From: Bacteroidia bacterium
GTDB taxonomy: Bacteria; Bacteroidota; Bacteroidia; 2-12-FULL-35-15
NCBI GenBank assembly: GCA_016786925.1
Contig: JAEUTU010000124.1
Coordinates: forward strand, 800-64,799
DNA: 64,000 bases
Direction: 5' to 3'
Shown here: piece after piece, positions 30,581-40,381 of the stretch
Layout of the letters: every line of letters starts with the position of its first letter
How positions within the stretch are numbered: position 1 is the stretch's first letter
Notes under the pieces: generated by a model
What the model was told of the DNA's origin: nothing
Seen by the model: the letters and a program-made list of their open reading frames with translations, nothing else
Databases searched by the model: none
Position numbers and translations under genes: made by a program

Positions 30581-31303
30581 TATCCAGCCTTTTACCCAGT
30601 AATACGCAATGGCGGTGTATTCGCGCAAAACAAGCAGTTCATAATTGAGATAACTCCACATGTTATAGCGTAAGGAAAGGTTTTTTACTTCTATGTTTCC
30701 TTCATTTCCTTTTTGCTTTATCTTTTCTTCATCAGGCGGAATTTCAAATGTTGCCTCCCCTCCTACTTCTTTAAACCCTTGCTTTTGAAAGGTTTTGAGC
30801 GCCCTGAACATGTGTTCGGGCGATGTAACAAGTAAAACCGACAAATTGCTTTTGTTTTGTTCCCAATCATGTGCAATGTTCTCTGCCTGGGAATGCGTGT
30901 TAAAACCCTTTGGTTCGAAGCTTATTCTCGAAGAGTCAACGCCATGTAAGATCAATTCATTTGCCATCATTTTCAGTTGTCTGAGGCTGTCCATCTCGTT
31001 GAAAGGCAAAGCAATAACCAGCTTGGCGTTTACATGTTTTTTCGCTGCTTTGGAGGCATAATAACAACGCATGAATCCATCCGGACTTGGCATTCCGCTA
31101 CCGCCAAGCAATACAATAAGGCCCGGTTCTTTCTGTAATTTTTTCCCGGCCGTACCAAGCGAATGGTAGGCGTAATAAGGGATATCGGTGAACGACAGGA
31201 TCCAAAGAAATAGAAAAACAGCACCCAAAAAGATCATGATTCTTTTCAGAATGGCTTTTAATGCCGCTTGTATTTGTTGGCGATCCGGAAGATTCATGAG
31301 CAT
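30578..31303 (-). CDS. YdcF/ElyC/SanA (DUF218) family protein
   Basis: An N-terminal TM helix is followed by the DUF218 core (LIVLLGGSGMPS ... LLVTSPEHMFRA). Confidence 0.65.
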   Translation of the reverse strand: MLMNLPDRQQIQAALKAILKRIMIFLGAVFLFLWILSFTDIPYYAYHSLGTAGKKLQKEPGLIVLLGGSGMPSPDGFMRCYYASKAAKKHVNAKLVIALPFNEMDSLRQLKMMANELILHGVDSSRISFEPKGFNTHSQAENIAHDWEQNKSNLSVLLVTSPEHMFRALKTFQKQGFKEVGGEATFEIPPDEEKIKQKGNEGNIEVKNLSLRYNMWSYLNYELLVLREYTAIAYYWVKGWI

Positions 31304-32460
31304 TAGATCTTATCCAGCGCTTGTTTTAGATCAGCGATCAAAAGATCCGGATCTTCCAATCCGATGTATAATCGCACCATGTTCCATGGCAATGGATTTT
31401 CGAAGCTTTTGCTGGCCGCTAAAGCACAAAGAGGAAATACGAGTGATTCGTATCCACCCCATGACGTAGCCATGAGGAAACGCTTTAAATTGTCGCAAAA
31501 CACCTCCATTTGTTTTTCTTCCTTCACATCCAGAACAATGGACAAGAGCCCGCCACCCTGCTTCATTTGTTTTTTTACCAAGCCCAATTGTGGATTTTTT
31601 GAGGAGAATGGATAGTAAACGGATTTGATTTTAGGGTGGTTTTCTGCGAAATCAGCCACTTTTTTTGCTGAGTCGGCACTTTTGTTCACCCTAAGCTCAA
31701 GTGTTCTTAAACCGCGTAAAATTAAGGCGGCATCATTGGGCGAAATAATACTACCAATGGTCATGTATTCTTCTGCAAACATTTTCATGATGCGTTCGTG
31801 TGTGCCGCACACCACACCGCACACCACATCGCTATGTCCGCTAATGTATTTTGTTCCCGAATGCACCACCATGTCAATTCCCATTTTAATCGGGTTTTGG
31901 TTCAATGGCGAATTATAGCTGTTGTCAATGATCGTGGTGATGCCTTTCGCCTTTGCTATTTTGGCAACCGCTTCAATGTCTTGCATTTCAAATGTCAATG
32001 AATTCGGGCTTTCCAAATAGATCAACTTAGTGTTTTCCTGAATCGCTTTTTCAAAATTTGATGCCTCTCCCCCATCTACGAATGTGTGTGTAACGCCATA
32101 TTTTGCAAGGTATTTGCTGATCAGGTTATTGGTCCAGCTATATGGTTTTTTAACAGAAACAACATGGTCGCCCGCCTTTACAACACTCATCACAGCTGCT
32201 GCTACAGCAGCACTACCGCTTGAAAAAACGAGTGCGTCCTCAGCGCCTTCCAGGGCTGCTAACTTCTTTCTAAGACTTGCTACTGTTGGATTATAGCCTC
32301 TTGTATAAAAAGGGTTTTCCAGCTCTTTCGTGAGTTTTTCTCTCATTTCTGCTACCGAACGGAAAGCAAAGTTGGAGGTTTGGAATACCGGTGGGGCTAC
32401 TGCTCCGTAGTACTGTTCGCGGTCTTCTCCGAGGTGATTCAGGATGTGTGAAATGTCCAT
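31303..32460 (-). CDS. PLP-dependent trans-sulfuration enzyme (cystathionine gamma-synthase/beta-lyase / O-acetylhomoserine sulfhydrylase family)
   Basis: The Cys/Met metabolism PLP fold carries a lysine motif (HSGTKYISGHSDV) and an N-terminal YTRGYNPT motif. Confidence 0.8.
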   Translation of the reverse strand: MDISHILNHLGEDREQYYGAVAPPVFQTSNFAFRSVAEMREKLTKELENPFYTRGYNPTVASLRKKLAALEGAEDALVFSSGSAAVAAAVMSVVKAGDHVVSVKKPYSWTNNLISKYLAKYGVTHTFVDGGEASNFEKAIQENTKLIYLESPNSLTFEMQDIEAVAKIAKAKGITTIIDNSYNSPLNQNPIKMGIDMVVHSGTKYISGHSDVVCGVVCGTHERIMKMFAEEYMTIGSIISPNDAALILRGLRTLELRVNKSADSAKKVADFAENHPKIKSVYYPFSSKNPQLGLVKKQMKQGGGLLSIVLDVKEEKQMEVFCDNLKRFLMATSWGGYESLVFPLCALAASKSFENPLPWNMVRLYIGLEDPDLLIADLKQALDKI

Positions 32461-32474
32461 AATGATCTGATTTT

Positions 32475-32843
32475 TTATTTTTTAAATATGAAATAAACGG
32501 CTAGAATGAGGAAAACAAAACCAAGCAAGTGGTTCCACTTCAGCTCTTCATTCTTGAAAAAAACAAGTGTAAATGCCACAAAAACAACAAGTGTAATCGC
32601 TTCTTGGATCACCTTCAGTTCTACCAGACTGAAGGGCCCTCCATTCTCCCGAAAGCCTAGTCTGTTTGCCGGTACCTGGAAAAAATATTCAAAAAGTGCT
32701 ATTCCCCAGCTGATCAAAACAACGGAAATAAGTCCGAGGTTTTCAAACCATTTCATTTCTTTGAATTTCAAATGCCCATACCAAGCGAATGTCATAAAAG
32801 TGTTCGATAAAATTAGCAGAACGATGGTCCAAAGTCCTCTCAT
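32475..32843 (-). CDS. DMT-superfamily small membrane protein (DUF486-like)
   Basis: Four predicted TM helices. The start at M (MRGLWTIVLLI) is preferred over the longer upstream ORF start at 32942. Confidence 0.5.
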   Translation of the reverse strand: MRGLWTIVLLILSNTFMTFAWYGHLKFKEMKWFENLGLISVVLISWGIALFEYFFQVPANRLGFRENGGPFSLVELKVIQEAITLVVFVAFTLVFFKNEELKWNHLLGFVFLILAVYFIFKK

Positions 32844-33556
32844 ACGTTTTTCAAGATTTTCCCCAAAATTAACAGTCGTTCCGAAAAAAACATTTTTTTT
32901 CTCAAAATTTTGATCAAAAAGTAGAAGAAAAGCCCGAATCAAGCACTGTTATTGCGCTTCAGGGCGTGTGTTTTTTATTTGATTTGAGCCGTTTTTTCTG
33001 CTTTTTAATGTCACAACACTACAGAGGGGTGTTTGTTCGTTAAATCGACCGAAAACGCGTTTCGCCTACCGTTTTTCGAACGAAATGATCAATTTAGATT
33101 TCCGAAGAGTATTTTTGGTTTTTCCTCTTTGAAAATTCCTTTTTTGAGAAAGAATAATTTCCCGGATAAAAGATCCTGCTTGTTCGCTTTTTCGAAAATC
33201 AAAAACCCGGGGTGCTTAAGATCTTCATTTTTTGCGAAAATTTTTATGTAAGAAATTAATTTCGGGTAATGTTTTTTCACTCCTTTTTTCGCCCTTTTTT
33301 ACTTTTAAAATTTTGCCTGATAACAAACAAAATATTCTATGCTTAATTTTGTCTATAATTTTTTTATCCAATTTACCGGAATTATTCTCCCCGTTTTCTT
33401 GTTCTGAACATTAAATTGGGAATTATATTTTCATGCTTTCTTTTTGATCAATAAAAATCTGCTGAAATAAATTCTGCAATATTTGATCCTGAAGTGAAGT
33501 ATAGAAATATTTATTCGGGATATTATTTAATCAGTTTTAATTCCAAATTTTTAAAT

Positions 33557-33572
33557 TGTTCCATGTGGAACA
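33557..33572. promoter_or_regulatory. Palindromic motif tGTTCCATGTGGAACa (copy 1 of 4)
   Basis: This is a 14-bp dyad, GTTCCAYRTGGAAC. The other copies are at 33737-33750, 34558-34571 and 34612-34625. Confidence 0.5.
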
Positions 33573-33610
33573 TTCAAGTTGAATATTCAAATTCTTACCA
33601 AAAATTAGTC

Positions 33611-33656
33611 AATAAAAAAGCCGGTAGAAAATTCTACCGGCTCCAATTATTTTTTG
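33611..33656. terminator. Bidirectional rho-independent terminator 3' of the methyltransferase gene
   Basis: AATAAAAAA-GCCGGTAGAAAATTCTACCGGC-TCCAATTATTTTTT forms a hairpin flanked by A- and T-runs. Confidence 0.7.
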
Positions 33657-33661
33657 ATTTT

Positions 33662-34543
33662 CTATTTTCGAATTAAATAGATCTGGCTGGAATATGTTTT
33701 ACCGGATCTCATTGCAGACATATTAGATCGAAGTCCGTTCCACGTGGAACGTATAATATTAGTCTTCCCGGTTTTGATCTTTTCGCTGAGCATTGAAACA
33801 TAAAACGAATCGAATATCATTGGCAATATTCTAAAAACTTTCATTTCATACTTCTTAAATAATGAGTCAATGTCTTTGGGAATAAAATGGTATAAGTGAC
33901 GAGGAACATCATAAGCTGCCCAATGCTCTTTATATATTTTCGCATCCAAAGAAGAACAGTTAGGTACCGCAATAATGATCACCCCATTCGGTTTAATTAA
34001 TCTCTTTAATTCCTGAACTCGTTCATTTAAATTAGGTACATGTTCTAAAACATGCCACATAGAAATAATATCAAAACTCTCATCTTTTAAGTTGGCCAAT
34101 TCCGATTCTTCCAAAACATTTAAACCATAATTATCGATCGCCATTTTTCTTGCATCAGCATCCGGTTCAATTCCGGTTGTATTCCATTTAGCATTTTTAC
34201 ATGTATTCAAGAACTCACCTGTTCCACATCCAATATCCAAAATAGATCCTGTTTTATAAAACTTAGAAATCAGTTGAAGCTTCTTTAATAAAGTATATTT
34301 TCGAACGGTTTGATAGGTTGAATTAATAAATCCTTTTTTGGTGTTAGAGTGAGAAACATATTCCTCCGACTTATAATACTTTCCTAATTGGTTTGATTCC
34401 GGTCTAGGGTTTGTAAACTTAAATCCACACGAACCACATTCGACAATGTTAAATGTTTCACGTGAAACAGTATGGTCGGTGCAGACCATAAATGGTTTCA
34501 ATTGAATAGAATTACAAATAGGACAATTTTCTAATTTTTCCAT
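33662..34543 (-). CDS. Class I SAM-dependent methyltransferase with N-terminal zinc-ribbon
   Basis: The N-terminus has CPICNS ... CGSCGF, and the SAM motif I is LDIGCGTGEF. Confidence 0.75.
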   Translation of the reverse strand: MEKLENCPICNSIQLKPFMVCTDHTVSRETFNIVECGSCGFKFTNPRPESNQLGKYYKSEEYVSHSNTKKGFINSTYQTVRKYTLLKKLQLISKFYKTGSILDIGCGTGEFLNTCKNAKWNTTGIEPDADARKMAIDNYGLNVLEESELANLKDESFDIISMWHVLEHVPNLNERVQELKRLIKPNGVIIIAVPNCSSLDAKIYKEHWAAYDVPRHLYHFIPKDIDSLFKKYEMKVFRILPMIFDSFYVSMLSEKIKTGKTNIIRSTWNGLRSNMSAMRSGKTYSSQIYLIRK

Positions 34544-34557
34544 TTTACTTAAATATG

Positions 34558-34571
34558 TTCCACATGGAACA
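34558..34571. promoter_or_regulatory. Palindromic motif GTTCCACATGGAAC (copy 3), 14 bp upstream of the methyltransferase start codon
   Basis: This is the exact reverse complement of copy 1. The position fits an operator or promoter-proximal site. Confidence 0.5.
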
Positions 34572-34624
34572 TTATATATATGTATACCATTTTATTTATT
34601 CCAACGTATTTGTTTCACGTGGAA

Positions 34625-36529
34625 CTATCTACCCAGATAAACCATTAATATAGAAATATCCGAAGGAGTAATTCCGGAGATTCTAGATGCTTGACCAATT
34701 GTTCTTGGTTTGATCTTAGTCAACTTTTCTCTGGCTTCAGCTGATAAAGATGTTAGTCGTTTGTAATCAAAATCATCATGTAGAACGATGTCTTCTAAAC
34801 GAGTTAACTTATCTGCCATCTCATTCTCTTTAGAAATGTATCCCTCATACTTCATTAATATCTCTGCCTGTTCAATGCTCTCCATATCATAGTTAGAAAT
34901 AAATTCTTTTACTTTAGGTGAGTTCAAAGCAAAGTCTAATAATGTAATCGTGGGACGTGTTAACACTCCAAACATTTTTACCTTTTGAGTAATAGGAGAG
35001 GAGCCAATAATTTCTAAAGCAGGATTTATTTCAGAAGGATCGATACTCTCATTCTTGAAGTACTTAATAATGTCCTGGGCATTCTTTTGCTTTTGATTAA
35101 CTCTTTCCAATCTTTCTTTTGAAGCAAGTCCTAATTCATACGACTTAGGAGTTAGACGGATATCTGCATTATCCTGGCGTAATAAAATTCTATATTCAGC
35201 TCTTGAAGTAAACATACGATATGGTTCTTCTGTACCCTTTGTTACAAGATCGTCAATTAAAACTCCAATGTATGCTTCTGAACGTTGTAGAATAAATGGC
35301 TCCTTTTTATTGATCTTTAAGTGTGCATTGATGCCCGCCATTAATCCCTGACAAGCTGCTTCTTCATATCCTGTTGTTCCATTTATCTGGCCGGCAAAAT
35401 ATAAATTCTCCACCAACTTTGTTTCTAATGTTAGATCTAATTGTTGAGGAGGAAAATAATCGTATTCAATAGCATAGCCAGGACGAAACATTTTTACATT
35501 CTCAAATCCCGGAACTTTTTTCAATGCCATATATTGAACATCTTCAGGTAAAGAAGTACTGAATCCATTCACATAAATTTCTACCGTATTCCAACCTTCC
35601 GGTTCAACAAAAATTTGATGTCTGTTACGTTCAGAAAAACGGGTAATCTTATCTTCAATACTTGGACAATATCTCGGACCTAATCCTTGAATTCTTCCGG
35701 TAAACATCGGAGACTTTTCAAAACCGGTTCTTAAAATATCATGAACTTCATCATTGGTGTAAGTAATGTAGCAAGGCAACTGTCCATGCGGACCGTTCAC
35801 AAATGCATCCGATCTTTTCTTTCTAAATTCAAATTGTTCAACATCCAGGTAAGAAAATTTATATGGATTTTCATCACCATGTTGAACTTCCATTTTAGAA
35901 TAATCTAATGATCTTCCATCCACACGGGGAGGAGTTCCCGTTTTCATTCTGCCGGCTTCAAATCCTAACTGAATTAATTGTTCAGTAATTCCGGTTGCAG
36001 CCTTTTCACCTGCACGTCCACCACCATATTGTTTTTCACCTAAGTGAATAACACCATTTAAAAAAGTACCATTGGTTAAAACAACTGCCTTGGCTCTTAT
36101 CTCGATATCCATTCCGGTAATAACACCGCAAACTTTTCCATTCTCTACAATAAGTCCTTTCACCATATCCTGCCAAAAGTCAAGATTAGGAGTATTCTCT
36201 AACATCACTCTCCATTCCTCAGCAAAACGATGACGGTCACTTTGAGCGCGTGGACTCCACATAGCTGGACCCTTTGACATATTCAACATACGGAATTGTA
36301 CTGCAGTACGATCTGTTACAATACCGGAATAACCACCAATAGCATCTATTTCACGAACGATCTGTCCTTTTGCAATGCCTCCCATAGCTGGATTACAACT
36401 CATTTGAGCGATCGTCTGCATATTCATAGTGATCAATAGGGTAGAAGATCCCATGTTAGCAGCAGCAGCAGCAGCTTCACAACCGGCATGACCGGCACCA
36501 ACAACAATTACATCGTATTCTTTAAACAT
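34625..36529 (-). CDS. mnmG: tRNA uridine-5-carboxymethylaminomethyl(34) synthesis enzyme MnmG (GidA)
   Basis: 634 aa with an N-terminal FAD-binding [10 protein letters not shown] motif, and recognisably MnmG throughout. Confidence 0.9.
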   Translation of the reverse strand: MFKEYDVIVVGAGHAGCEAAAAAANMGSSTLLITMNMQTIAQMSCNPAMGGIAKGQIVREIDAIGGYSGIVTDRTAVQFRMLNMSKGPAMWSPRAQSDRHRFAEEWRVMLENTPNLDFWQDMVKGLIVENGKVCGVITGMDIEIRAKAVVLTNGTFLNGVIHLGEKQYGGGRAGEKAATGITEQLIQLGFEAGRMKTGTPPRVDGRSLDYSKMEVQHGDENPYKFSYLDVEQFEFRKKRSDAFVNGPHGQLPCYITYTNDEVHDILRTGFEKSPMFTGRIQGLGPRYCPSIEDKITRFSERNRHQIFVEPEGWNTVEIYVNGFSTSLPEDVQYMALKKVPGFENVKMFRPGYAIEYDYFPPQQLDLTLETKLVENLYFAGQINGTTGYEEAACQGLMAGINAHLKINKKEPFILQRSEAYIGVLIDDLVTKGTEEPYRMFTSRAEYRILLRQDNADIRLTPKSYELGLASKERLERVNQKQKNAQDIIKYFKNESIDPSEINPALEIIGSSPITQKVKMFGVLTRPTITLLDFALNSPKVKEFISNYDMESIEQAEILMKYEGYISKENEMADKLTRLEDIVLHDDFDYKRLTSLSAEAREKLTKIKPRTIGQASRISGITPSDISILMVYLGR

Positions 36530-36723
36530 TTCTAAGCAAACAAAAAGTAATAAATACCTATCCAGATTATACTAAAAAAAGCAGTAAATCCTAGAACACC
36601 TTTAACAAGTTTCACATCTTTCTTAATGAAAAATGCATAGCATGACCAAACAAGTGCTGCTAATAACAATAAAAGAGGGATAAATAATCTAAACATATAT
36701 ATAAAATATTGATAATCAATTAA

Positions 36724-37710
36724 TTATAATCCAAATTGAGCCGATAATTCTAACATTTTCTCAATTGGTCTACGAGCATCCTTAATTAACTTTTCATCCA
36801 TAATAATCTCCGGTTGCTCGTATTTTAAACAGTTATATAACTTTTCCAGTGTGTTTAACTTCATGTGTGGACAATCATTACAAGCACAGGTATTATTTGG
36901 TGGTGCAGGAATAAAAGTCTTTCCTGGATTCTTCAATTGCATTTGATGAATAATACCCGCTTCGGTAGCAACAATAAATTCAGTAGCATCCGATTTAGTA
37001 GCAAAATTCAATATACCTGTTGTACTACCTATATAATCTGCGATATCCAGTAAATTCGCTTCACATTCGGGATGAGCTAATAAAAGAGCTTTAGGATGTT
37101 TATTCTTCAATTGAATGATCTTTTCCAAAGAGAAGATCTCATGAACCATACAGGCACCATCCCACAATACCATATCACGACCCGTTTTTTTCTTGATATA
37201 AGCACCCAAGTTCTTATCAGGAGCAAATATGATCTTTTGTTCCTTAGGAAGGCTCTCAACGATCTGTAATGCGTTTGTTGAAGTACAAACAATATCGGTA
37301 TGAACTTTTAATTCAGCCGTACAATTAATGTAAGAGATCACTAAATGATCGGGATATTGTTTTTTAAATTCAGCAAATTTATCGGCCGGACAAGAATCAG
37401 CCAATGAACATCCTGCTTTAAGATCGGGTAAAAGAACTTTTTTATTAGGAGAAAGGATCTTCGCTGTTTCAGCCATAAAATGCACTCCGGCAAAAACAAT
37501 GATATCCGCATCGGTTTTAGCAGCCTGTTGCGATAAACCTAAACTATCACCAATATAATCAGCAATATCCTGAATATCGGCATCCTGATAATAGTGGGCA
37601 AGTATGATCGCATTTTTTTCCTTTTTTAATTTATTGATCTCAGCGAACAAATCTAGTGATAAATCAATTGGAATATCCAAAAAACCTTTTGTCTGCAAGT
37701 CGTTAACCAT
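36724..37710 (-). CDS. nadA: Quinolinate synthase NadA
   Basis: 328 aa containing ILAHYYQ, the cysteine ligands and the threefold NadA repeat pattern. Confidence 0.85.
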   Translation of the reverse strand: MVNDLQTKGFLDIPIDLSLDLFAEINKLKKEKNAIILAHYYQDADIQDIADYIGDSLGLSQQAAKTDADIIVFAGVHFMAETAKILSPNKKVLLPDLKAGCSLADSCPADKFAEFKKQYPDHLVISYINCTAELKVHTDIVCTSTNALQIVESLPKEQKIIFAPDKNLGAYIKKKTGRDMVLWDGACMVHEIFSLEKIIQLKNKHPKALLLAHPECEANLLDIADYIGSTTGILNFATKSDATEFIVATEAGIIHQMQLKNPGKTFIPAPPNNTCACNDCPHMKLNTLEKLYNCLKYEQPEIIMDEKLIKDARRPIEKMLELSAQFGL

Positions 37711-38250
37711 ATCAATAAATAATAAATATTTTAATTTAAAATAAAATTGTTGTTGTTATTGGTCTGTTAGTCTGTTGTAAAAAATGTTCATTAAAAACTT
37801 GTTCTATTCAGTTATAAAAGTTCATTAACAAGTATTCAAACTTTATTATTTTATAAACGATTGAATAATAGATAATTCATACTTTATCAACACATTGTTG
37901 ATAGTGTTATTATCTAATAAATTTTTTGCAAAAGTACGTTTAATTCTGTTATAAAACTGTTGATTGATTGTATAAAATACTGATAAGTTTAAATAGGAAG
38001 TATCAAAAATTAATACAAGCAACATTATAATTTAACAAAGCAAGAAAAATCTTCTACACATTTATAACAAAAGCTTTTATTTTCAACAGGTTTCATGTTA
38101 ATAAAATAAAAACTAGAGCCTTAATTATCAGCGCTTTATTTTTGAACTTTACAAACGTGTTAATTGTGGTTAATAACCCTGGTTTGACACAGCTAAAAAT
38201 AAAAATTTTCGCGGGCTACGCCCGATATTAACATTTATATATAAGGAACT

Positions 38251-38685
38251 ATGAAAATAGCTATTGGATGTGATCATGCAGCATTTCATTTAAAAGAAAA
38301 ATTAAAGGTCTATCTACAATCAAAAGGACACGAGATTAAAGATTTCGGATGTTATTCCGAGGAGCGGGCCGACTATCCCGATTTTGCTCATCCGGTTGCC
38401 AATGCAGTAGAAAGCAAAGAATTCGATGCGGGATTATTAATGTGTGGTAGCGGCAATGGCATCAACATGACAGCAAACAAACACAAGGGAATTCGTTCTG
38501 CACTTTGCTGGAATGCTGAAATAGCTGAATTGGCCCGTTTACATAATGACGCTAATATATTAACCCTTCCTGCGCGCTATATCAGTGAGGAAGAAGCAAA
38601 AAAATGCGTGGATATTTTTTATGCTACTGCATTTGAAGGCGGAAGACATACGGACAGAGTAAAAAAAATAAGCGAAGGATGTTAG
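38251..38685 (+). CDS. rpiB: Ribose-5-phosphate isomerase B
   Basis: 144 aa with the RpiB/LacAB motifs MKIAIGCDHAA, LMCGSGNGI and RSAL. Confidence 0.85.
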   Translation: MKIAIGCDHAAFHLKEKLKVYLQSKGHEIKDFGCYSEERADYPDFAHPVANAVESKEFDAGLLMCGSGNGINMTANKHKGIRSALCWNAEIAELARLHNDANILTLPARYISEEEAKKCVDIFYATAFEGGRHTDRVKKISEGC

Positions 38686-40247
38686 GCAAGAACTCATTTT
38701 CAGGTATTTTACAATTACTGACAAGTGCCTGCTTGTTCATTTCTTTAAACGCTTTTTCTCAGAAGGACACTGCGGCCATCCGCTTTTCCAATACCATTAC
38801 AGCCGATGCCCTGGAAACACACCTGACCATTTTAGCCTCAGACAGCTTTGAAGGCCGCGAAACCGGCAAAAAGGGACAGAAAATGGCGGCTGATTATATT
38901 CAGGCCCAGTTTAAATCGTTTGGCATTCCTCCTTATAAAGAAGACACTTATTATCAAACATACCCATTAGAGCTCGTGCTTCCAAAAGCCGCAGAAATAA
39001 AGCTGAAAGGAAAATTATTGGAGCCTAAAAAAGATTTTTATCACTTCCCGGGATTAAGCGAACAGACGATCCAAGCGAAAGAGATCTTGTTTTTGGGCTA
39101 TGGTATCGATGATACAAAGTATAGCGATTATACAGGAAATGATGTAAAAGACAAAGCAGTAATGATATTGAGCGGAGAGCCGTATGGAACAGATGGAAAC
39201 TCTTTGTTAACTGGCAAAAAGGAGGCTTCGCTATGGAGCAGTTATTATAAGAACAAGGTGCAGAAAGCACGCGAACAAGGCGCTAAAATGCTGTTGGTAG
39301 TAGTAGAAGACATGGCGAAAAGTCTGGAGCAAAACAAACACCGTCTGGAGTCAAGCTCGCTAAGACTTAACAAATCAGGCACAGAGATGCCGGTGATCTA
39401 TATTTCTAAAGATGTAGCGAATGCTATTCTAAAAAAATCAAATACCGAAGAGATCAAAAAGAAGATCAGCGAATCACAAAAACCGGTTTCTATAATGGCC
39501 AAAGCGCCCATGAGCATTACGGTTAAGAACTTAACAGAGAAAGTGATCGCGGAGAATGTGTTGGGTTATGTAGAAGGAACCGACAAAAAAGACGAGTTGA
39601 TCGTGATCACCGCACACTACGATCATTTAGGAAAAGAGGGCGATGTGGTATATAACGGTGCAGATGATGATGGCTCGGGAACCGTTGCTGTTATTCAGTT
39701 GGCAGAAGCATTTGCAAAAGCAAAAAAAGAAGGAAAAGGACCACGCAGAAGTATGTTATTTATGGCTGTTTCGGGTGAAGAGAAGGGCCTGTTGGGTTCA
39801 TCGTATTATGTAGAGAATCCGGAATTTCCTTTGAAGAATACGGTTTGCGACCTGAATATAGATATGATCGGGCGATTGGATGAAAAACACAGCAACAACT
39901 CGAATTACATCTACTTGATCGGTTCGGACAAACTTAGCTCGGAACTTCATCAGATCAGCGAAAACGCCAACAAAACATATAGCAATTTGGAATTGGATTA
40001 TACATTCAACGATGAGAATGACAAGAACCGTTTTTACTACCGTTCCGATCATTACAATTTTGCAAGAAAAGGCATTCCTGTGATCTTTTATTTTAACGGT
40101 GTTCATGCCGACTATCACAAGGAAACAGATGAAGTGAGCAAGATCGATTTTAATAAAATGGAAAAGATCACCCGTCTGGTGTTCTTTACGGCCTGGGAGC
40201 TTGCTAACAGAAACGAAAGAATAAAGGTGGATAGCAATAAAAAGTAA
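38679..40247 (+). CDS. M28-family zinc aminopeptidase (PA domain-containing), secreted
   Basis: A signal peptide is followed by the M28 metal-ligand motifs (HYDHLG, DDGSG, EEKGLLGS, DMIG) and a C-terminal H.E. Confidence 0.75.
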   Translation: MLGKNSFSGILQLLTSACLFISLNAFSQKDTAAIRFSNTITADALETHLTILASDSFEGRETGKKGQKMAADYIQAQFKSFGIPPYKEDTYYQTYPLELVLPKAAEIKLKGKLLEPKKDFYHFPGLSEQTIQAKEILFLGYGIDDTKYSDYTGNDVKDKAVMILSGEPYGTDGNSLLTGKKEASLWSSYYKNKVQKAREQGAKMLLVVVEDMAKSLEQNKHRLESSSLRLNKSGTEMPVIYISKDVANAILKKSNTEEIKKKISESQKPVSIMAKAPMSITVKNLTEKVIAENVLGYVEGTDKKDELIVITAHYDHLGKEGDVVYNGADDDGSGTVAVIQLAEAFAKAKKEGKGPRRSMLFMAVSGEEKGLLGSSYYVENPEFPLKNTVCDLNIDMIGRLDEKHSNNSNYIYLIGSDKLSSELHQISENANKTYSNLELDYTFNDENDKNRFYYRSDHYNFARKGIPVIFYFNGVHADYHKETDEVSKIDFNKMEKITRLVFFTAWELANRNERIKVDSNKK

Positions 40248-40263
40248 AGACCTCTCCCCTTAA

Positions 40264-40366
40264 TCCCCTCTCCATAAGAGAGGGGGCGAGACGCAAGAGG
40301 ATTTAAGAAAAAAATAAAACACCCTTTGCTTTTACCCCTCTCCCATGGAGAGGGGCTGGGGAGAGG
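40264..40366. repeat. Pair of GC-rich palindromic stem-loops (CCCCTCTCC..GAGAGGGG) in an otherwise AT-rich spacer
   Basis: Hairpins lie at 40264-40287 and 40335-40355. The second has an alternative downstream pairing partner, GGGGAGAGG, at 40358-40366. Confidence 0.6.
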
Positions 40367-40381
40367 TAGAAAAATAAAAAT

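Noticed and set aside
33033-33676. Small ORFs (60-72 aa) in the 32943-33660 spacer
   Set aside because: They are AT-rich, low-complexity (F/K/L/S) and mutually overlapping in different frames, with no recognisable similarity. They more likely reflect chance than genes.
36620-36696. Possible 24-codon hydrophobic mini-ORF on the minus strand between nadA and mnmG (MFRLFIPLLLLAALVWSCYAFFH)
   Set aside because: It is too short, has no RBS evidence, and could equally be spacer. It is noted only because small membrane peptides are sometimes real.
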